A DNA stretch of 64,000 nucleotides, taken from Candidatus Eiseniibacteriota bacterium (lineage in GTDB: Bacteria > Eisenbacteria > RBG-16-71-46). A model generated the notes under the pieces. The model was not told the DNA's origin, did not search any database, and saw only the letters and a list, made by a program, of their open reading frames with translations. The stretch's first letter is position 1; the number at the start of each line of letters is the position of its first letter. Made by a program: the position numbers and the translations under genes. Below, in pieces: positions 58,709 to 64,000 of this stretch. The DNA is taken from NCBI GenBank assembly GCA_044223005.1, contig JBGAML010000019.1, positions 37,501 through 101,500 on the forward strand. The letters are read 5' to 3'.

Positions 58709-60769
58709 TCAGGGCGTGATCGCGATACGCCGTGTGACCGCACCGAGCGGCGTCGAGACGCGCAGGAACACGAGCCCGGGCGGGAGCCCCGCCGTTTCGA
58801 GCGGCGTGACGTGTTCGCCGGCCGTCACTTCGGCGTCGACGACATGGCGGATCAGCCGGCCCGCGAGGTCGAGCACGTCGATCCGGACCCGGCCCGGCGC
58901 CGCGAGCCGCCAGCGCAGCGTCGCCGTGCCGTGTGCCGGGTTCGGCGCCACGGGTGCGAACGCGAACTCCGCTGGCGCCAGGACCGGCGCGACGCCCGCG
59001 CTCGCGCCCGGACGCGTGCGGTACGCGACGCCGTGGTAGACCGGGCCGGTGAGCAGTCGCGAGCCCACCACGAGCATGCCGTCGTCGTTGGACGACGAGA
59101 GATCGCCGGTGAGGCTGCTCCACGTCGCCGCGCTGTCGGTGCTCCAGTAGATGCCGTTCGAAGTGGCGATGAACAGGTCGCCCCCGTCGCTTGCGAGCTC
59201 GCGGGCGAACAGGTTGCCGAGGCCGATGTTGGCATCGGTCCACGTGAGTCCGTCGTCGCTCGAGCGATACACGCCGCCGCCCGACGTACCCACGAAGCGC
59301 CAGCGCCCGATCGAGGCGAACGTGAAGCAGTAGGGGTTGGCGGGAGGCGTGGTCGGCGAACTCCAGCTCGCGCCCGAGTTGGTCGAGCGGTAGATGCCGC
59401 CGCCCGAGGACGCTGCGAACACCGTGCCGCCGTTCACGTGGATGCCGAACACGTTGAAGTTCGTGATGCCGTTGTTCGCGGCGGCCCACGTGAGGCCGTC
59501 GTCGGTCGAGCGGTACACGCCACCCGAGGTGGCCGCCCAGGTGACGCCGCCGCCCTGCGCGAACGCGAGCGAGTAGCGCCCACTGGGGCCCGGGCTCACG
59601 TCGCTCCAGTGGGCGCCCGCGTCGGTGGAACGGAAGATGCCGTCATACGTGCCCGCGAGGACGAGCCCGGGCTTCGCGAACAGCCCGAGCACGTTCGGAT
59701 TGCCGATTGGTCCGAGCGCGTACCACGACGCGCCGAGCGTGCGGGACCCGAAGACACCGGCACCGCTCGTGCCCGCATACAGCGTCGTGCCGTCGGAAGC
59801 GAGCGAGAAGATCGCTTCCCCGGCGAGGCCCTGGTTGCGCGCGCTCCACGTGGCGCCGGCGTCGAGCGAGCGCGAGATCCCGCCGCCCTGCGAGCCGGCG
59901 AGGACTTCGCCGTTGCCGGTCAGGATCGCGCGCACGCGGCCGTCTCCGATCCCGGAAGTGGAGGGCGTCCAGGTGGCGCCGTTGTCGGTGGAGCCGTAGA
60001 TCCCGAAGTCGAACGTGGCCACGTAGAACTTCGCGCCGTCCGCGGCGGCGGCCGCCGCGACCGATTGGCCGAATCCCGTGGTCGCGACGAAGCTCGCGCC
60101 GTGATCGAGCGAGCGCCAGACGCCGCTGCCGAACGTGGCGGCGACGATCGCGGTGCCGTTGGACGCGAGGCCCTCGACGAGGGTCGACGGCAGGCCCGTC
60201 GCCGGCGCGCTCCACGTTCCGGCGCCGTTCGTGAGCCGCTGCACGCCGCTCGCGGTGCCGGCGAGGAGCGTGGTGCCGTCGAGCGCGAGCGACCATACGG
60301 CGCGATCGGCGAGGCCTGCGTTGGCCGAGGTCCACGTGAGCCCGCTGTCGGCCGACGCGTACACGCCGGAATCCTGCACCGCCGCGTAGACCACCGCGCC
60401 ACGCGACACGATCGCGCGGAAGCTCGTGGTCGGGATGCCCGAGGAGGACCACTGCCACGTGATGCCGCCGTCGCCCGAGCGATAGAGGCCCGCACCGGGG
60501 CAGCCCGCGTAGTCGTAGGCGCCGAGCGAGCCGAGCGCGTAGATCATCGGCGAACCGGTGCTGCCGCCGGCCTGCCACGACGCGCCGTCGTCGGTCGAGC
60601 GCCAGACGCCGGCACCGTGCGTCCCCGCCAGCAGGACGCTGCCGTGGCGCGAGAGCGACTGGACGTGGGCGCCGAACGGGCCGACGGCGGTGGTCCACTG
60701 TGCGAACGCGGGCAGCGCCGCCGTGGCGAGCACGGCGAGCACGATCACGATTCGGGTGAAGCGGTTCAT
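58709..60769 (-). CDS. Secreted BNR/Asp-box repeat beta-propeller protein with T9SS-like tail
   Basis: Signal peptide ...LPAFA-Q and about 13 GVYRSxDxGxTW repeats. Tail VAPNPAHG...VLDLAGRLIR...PGLVFLRV. Confidence 0.88.
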   Translation of the reverse strand: MNRFTRIVIVLAVLATAALPAFAQWTTAVGPFGAHVQSLSRHGSVLLAGTHGAGVWRSTDDGASWQAGGSTGSPMIYALGSLGAYDYAGCPGAGLYRSGDGGITWQWSSSGIPTTSFRAIVSRGAVVYAAVQDSGVYASADSGLTWTSANAGLADRAVWSLALDGTTLLAGTASGVQRLTNGAGTWSAPATGLPSTLVEGLASNGTAIVAATFGSGVWRSLDHGASFVATTGFGQSVAAAAAADGAKFYVATFDFGIYGSTDNGATWTPSTSGIGDGRVRAILTGNGEVLAGSQGGGISRSLDAGATWSARNQGLAGEAIFSLASDGTTLYAGTSGAGVFGSRTLGASWYALGPIGNPNVLGLFAKPGLVLAGTYDGIFRSTDAGAHWSDVSPGPSGRYSLAFAQGGGVTWAATSGGVYRSTDDGLTWAAANNGITNFNVFGIHVNGGTVFAASSGGGIYRSTNSGASWSSPTTPPANPYCFTFASIGRWRFVGTSGGGVYRSSDDGLTWTDANIGLGNLFARELASDGGDLFIATSNGIYWSTDSAATWSSLTGDLSSSNDDGMLVVGSRLLTGPVYHGVAYRTRPGASAGVAPVLAPAEFAFAPVAPNPAHGTATLRWRLAAPGRVRIDVLDLAGRLIRHVVDAEVTAGEHVTPLETAGLPPGLVFLRVSTPLGAVTRRIAITP

Positions 60770-61024
60770 CGGCGGCTCCTTCGGAGAAGCTGCGGCGGAA
60801 GGAGACCGTGGGGTGTCGGCAGACTACACCGCGCAGGGCCGGGTCGCCGCACGCGACAGGCGGAACGAGGCGCGAGTCCGCCTGCGAGCCGGCACTCCGT
60901 GCAGATCGGCGCGCGAATCGGCTGGCGAGGGTGAGAAGACCCTGTGCGGGAGGTCGGGGCTCTGGCATCCTGCCCGGCCGAAGCGGGCGCGGCGTGGGCG
61001 GCCCGTCACCCGGAGGAGGGACCC

Positions 61025-61213
61025 ATGGCGAAGCCGGCGTCGAAACCGGTGAAGGATGGTGCGCGTTGCCGCGTCACCGGCGGTACGCACAAGGGCAAGT
61101 CGGGCGTCGTCCGCGACCTCAACACGAGCAAGACCGGCGCCGTCACGATCACGGTCGTGCAGGCCGACGGCACGCGGTTCAAGACGCTGGCGAAGAACGT
61201 CGAGGTGCAGTAG
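61025..61213 (+). CDS. Small stand-alone KOW-motif protein
   Basis: GGAGGAGG RBS; GARCRVTGGTHKGKSGVVRD...SKTGAVTITV...GTRFKTLAKNV. Confidence 0.8.
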   Translation: MAKPASKPVKDGARCRVTGGTHKGKSGVVRDLNTSKTGAVTITVVQADGTRFKTLAKNVEVQ

Positions 61214-61228
61214 CGCTCGTCGCCGTCG

Positions 61229-62356
61229 TCAGGGGATGACGACTACGGTGCGCGCGATCGTCCGGCCTTCCCACTCGAGCCGCACGAATCGCACGCCCGC
61301 GGCGGCCGGCCCGTGGCCCGCTTGCGACAGATCGCCCGTGACGACGTAGTCGCCGCGTTCGTAGTGCCCCGACGCGAACGTCAGGAGCCGTCGGCCGGCC
61401 ACGTCGTACGCGGCCACGGCCGCTCGTCCGGCCGCGGGCAGGCTGAAGCGGACCTGCAGCGGTCCGCGGGTGGGCTGCGGCCATGCGGCCAGCGTCGCGA
61501 AGGCCGGCCGGGCGGTGGGGCCGACATCGGTGACGCACGCCGTGAGCGGGGACAGCGCGATGTACGTGAGCGAGCCCGCGGTCGCGACGGCCGCACCGGT
61601 GTGACCGTGCCCCGAGTCGTCGACGAGCGATCCCGCGTCGAAACGGTAGTACGCCACCAGTCCCGGTTCGGTACCGGCGAGGCGGCAGTTCATGTCGCCG
61701 GCGATCTCGGACGCGGTGCGCGCGTGATCCCAGATCCGGACGTCGTCGATCGAGCCGTCCAGCCGGCGCAGGAAACCCGATCCGAAGTTGCACGCGCCGA
61801 GCAGCACATCGTTCGTCGTCACGAGCACCGAGCCGAGGGTCCAGGCCGCGGAGGCCGCGCGTGCGCCGTCGACGTAGAGGTGCACCGAATCCGCGGCGAC
61901 GACGGCGGCGAGGTGGTGCCGCCCGAGCGGCGTGGAGACGGCGCCGCTCTGCAGCGTGACGCCGTTGACGCCGGAGGTGTGCGTGACGCTGAAGAACGCC
62001 TGCCCCGAGTTGTTCCACGTCAGGTACCACGGCCCGAGGAAGCTGCCGACGGTGCCCTCCGCCGGCTTCGCCACGATCGCGCCGCCCACGCCGTCGGCGG
62101 TGGCTCCGTAGCCGGTACCCGTTCGCTGGACCCACGCCTCGATCGTGAACTGCTGCAGGTTGAATGCGGTGCTGTTCGGGATCCGCACGTAGGCCGTGTT
62201 CACGGCGCTCACGTTGGCCAGGTGGAGCGCCGTGTCGTCGGCGGCGTGCGCCGAAGCCGGGAGGAAGGTCGCGAGCGCGAGCAGCGTGAGCGCGACTTCA
62301 CCGAGGAGCGCACCCGGACGGTGGGACGCGGGACGGGTGGTGCGGGCGAGGGGCAT
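61229..62356 (-). CDS. Secreted LamG/concanavalin-A-like domain protein with T9SS-like tail
   Basis: Signal peptide ...ASAHA; FTIEAWV, HHLAAV, LYVDG, LDGSIDDVRIW and GLVAYYRFD. Tail AWPQP...AYDVAGRRL...GVRFVRL. Confidence 0.87.
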   Translation of the reverse strand: MPLARTTRPASHRPGALLGEVALTLLALATFLPASAHAADDTALHLANVSAVNTAYVRIPNSTAFNLQQFTIEAWVQRTGTGYGATADGVGGAIVAKPAEGTVGSFLGPWYLTWNNSGQAFFSVTHTSGVNGVTLQSGAVSTPLGRHHLAAVVAADSVHLYVDGARAASAAWTLGSVLVTTNDVLLGACNFGSGFLRRLDGSIDDVRIWDHARTASEIAGDMNCRLAGTEPGLVAYYRFDAGSLVDDSGHGHTGAAVATAGSLTYIALSPLTACVTDVGPTARPAFATLAAWPQPTRGPLQVRFSLPAAGRAAVAAYDVAGRRLLTFASGHYERGDYVVTGDLSQAGHGPAAAGVRFVRLEWEGRTIARTVVVIP

Positions 62357-62509
62357 GGGCGAGTCCTTCCGGTGCGGTCGGGGGCGAGGCGCGGGCATTC
62401 GGGGGCGCCCGGACCTCTTCCTACGTCCCAGCGCCACGCTCCGAACACGCGATCGCGGCGACCCGCGAAGGCGGGCCGCCGCGAGGCGCACCGGGGTCGG
62501 GGGGATGGC

Positions 62510-64000
62510 CTACTGGAGCCGCACGATGCGGGCGGTGCGGTGCTCGGTCCCCGCGACGAGGTCGACGAAATAGATGCCGGGCGCACAGACGCGACCGCTC
62601 GCTTCGGTCCCGTCCCACTGCAGCGGGTGGCTGCCCGCGGCGTACGGCCCGTCCGCCAGCATGCGGACCTCGCGCCCCTGGAGGTCGCGCACGACGGCGC
62701 GGACGCGCGTCTCGGCCGGGAGCGCGAAGTCGAGCCGGACGCGGCCTGCGGTGGGGTTGGGCCACGGCGTGGAGAGCTCGAGTGCGCCGCCGGTGCTGGC
62801 GAGCGGCACGTCGTCGGGACCGAGGATCGTGCGCACGTCCCAGTTGCCGCGGCCGTTGGGCTGGGGCGTGAACCACGAGCCGTAGCGGAACCACGGCGAG
62901 CGCGAGAGGACGCGCGTGCGCCAGCCGTAGACGCCGTCGGCGCCGAGTCCGCTGACCTGAGGCGTGATGGACTTCGCGCCGGCGAGCGGCGCGGTGGGAG
63001 CGTTCATGTTCGCCCACGCGGTGCGCCCCTGGACGCCCGCGCCGGCGCCGACGCGCGGGACGACGCGCCACTCGAGCGCGACGGCGTCACGGCCGCCCGC
63101 GCTGCTCGCCCGCGAGGCGAGACCGAACGCGTTCGGGTTCCGGCTGCGGCCGTAGATCGCGAGCGGCGAGGCGCCAGGACCGGCGCGCGTCGCGAACGTG
63201 GGGCGCGCGTGGCCCTGGCTCAGGCCGGGCACGATGTTGTTTGCGGTGTTTCCGTAGACCGCCCGCACGGATCCTTCCCAGAACTGGGTGTTCGTGCGCC
63301 GCGGCATGCCCATCAACAGGTCGCCGAAGCCGTCCCCGTCGAAGTCGCCGCCGCCCGCGACCGAGTGCCCGAGGTTGTCGCCGTTCGCGACGCCCGTGAA
63401 CGATGCGATGGGGGCGAGCAGGAAGCTGCTGCCGCCGTGGAACACGTAGGCGGCACCACAACCGGTCAGGCTGGGGCCGTTGCCGAAGACCTCGCCCACG
63501 ATCAGGTCGGAGTAGCCGTCGCCGTCGACGTCGCCTGCGGGCGCGACCGAACTGCCGAATGCCGCACCGGGCGTGCCACCCTCGTACGTGATCCACGGCG
63601 CGGCCTCGGGTCCGCTCGCGCCACCGCGAACGACGTACACCTTGCCGGTGCCGCCGGCCCCGAACGCGCCGATCGCCAGATCGGCGTAGCCATCGGCATC
63701 GATGTCGCCCATGCCCGTCACCGCCTGGCCGAAATAGTCGCCCGCGGCCGCGCCGGCCCAGAAGAACCCCGGCAGCGCCGCGGGCCACGTGGACGCGCCG
63801 AGCGCGCAGTAGGCCACACCCTGCTCGGCACCGGGAGCGTCGAGCAGGCCGCTGCCGAAGACGAGGTCGGAGTAGCCGTCGGCGTTGACGTCGCCCGCGG
63901 CGGCGACGCTGGTGCCGACCTGGCCGTAGTCCTGGTTGTTGCTGAAGGTCCACACCGGGCCGACGAGGCCGTCGTGGGAACCGGCGAAGAGGTAGACCTT
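62510..64000 (-). CDS. C-terminal part of an integrin-alpha-like FG-GAP repeat protein with FlgD-Ig/T9SS-like tail (5' end beyond the window)
   Basis: GTSVAAAGDVNADGYSD, FGSSVAPAGDVDGDGYSD and GHSVAGGGDFDGDGFGD. Tail PWPNP...DLQGREVR...WDG...PGIYFV. Confidence 0.87.
   Translation of the reverse strand, partial: KVYLFAGSHDGLVGPVWTFSNNQDYGQVGTSVAAAGDVNADGYSDLVFGSGLLDAPGAEQGVAYCALGASTWPAALPGFFWAGAAAGDYFGQAVTGMGDIDADGYADLAIGAFGAGGTGKVYVVRGGASGPEAAPWITYEGGTPGAAFGSSVAPAGDVDGDGYSDLIVGEVFGNGPSLTGCGAAYVFHGGSSFLLAPIASFTGVANGDNLGHSVAGGGDFDGDGFGDLLMGMPRRTNTQFWEGSVRAVYGNTANNIVPGLSQGHARPTFATRAGPGASPLAIYGRSRNPNAFGLASRASSAGGRDAVALEWRVVPRVGAGAGVQGRTAWANMNAPTAPLAGAKSITPQVSGLGADGVYGWRTRVLSRSPWFRYGSWFTPQPNGRGNWDVRTILGPDDVPLASTGGALELSTPWPNPTAGRVRLDFALPAETRVRAVVRDLQGREVRMLADGPYAAGSHPLQWDGTEASGRVCAPGIYFVDLVAGTEHRTARIVRLQ

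Noticed and set aside
62467..62479. GAAGGCGGGCCGC identical to one arm of the 16194 hairpin (possible REP element)
   Set aside because: It is a single 13-mer without its partner arm in very GC-rich DNA, and no further copies were seen.

Overview
This is a very GC-rich (roughly 70%+) bacterial chromosomal segment with about 45 plausible genes. I found no rRNA, tRNA, CRISPR array, transposase or integrase. It starts with a GntR / DUF2877 / three-subunit xanthine-dehydrogenase-family molybdoenzyme cluster and a nearby NCS2 nucleobase permease. Most of the rest encodes exported proteins and envelope signalling. Ten predicted secreted proteins (FG-GAP, BNR, LamG, FN3 and unnamed repeat passengers) end in the same FlgD-Ig/T9SS-CTD-like tail. 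Two others end instead in a short TPV-x3-[ST]WGxLKSx[YW]R tail. There are two signal-peptide-bearing TPR-CHAT (caspase-like) proteases, two ECF sigma factors each overlapping a membrane anti-sigma-like gene, a membrane Ser/Thr kinase and a PAS hybrid histidine kinase. This gene style suggests an FCB-affiliated candidate lineage such as Ca. Eisenbacteria, which is inference only. The best candidates for an under-described system are: (1) the exported CHAT protease - ECF sigma - anti-sigma - WGxLK-tail protein locus at 11.5-16.2 kb; (2) the ECF sigma plus anti-sigma/TonB-plug/vWA fusion at 17.9-21.0 kb; (3) the carrier - Cys-rich passenger - DsbA operon at 48.3-50.9 kb. Family calls come from motif recognition by eye, with no database searches run. 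Many start codons were re-chosen from the ORF track and are approximate.
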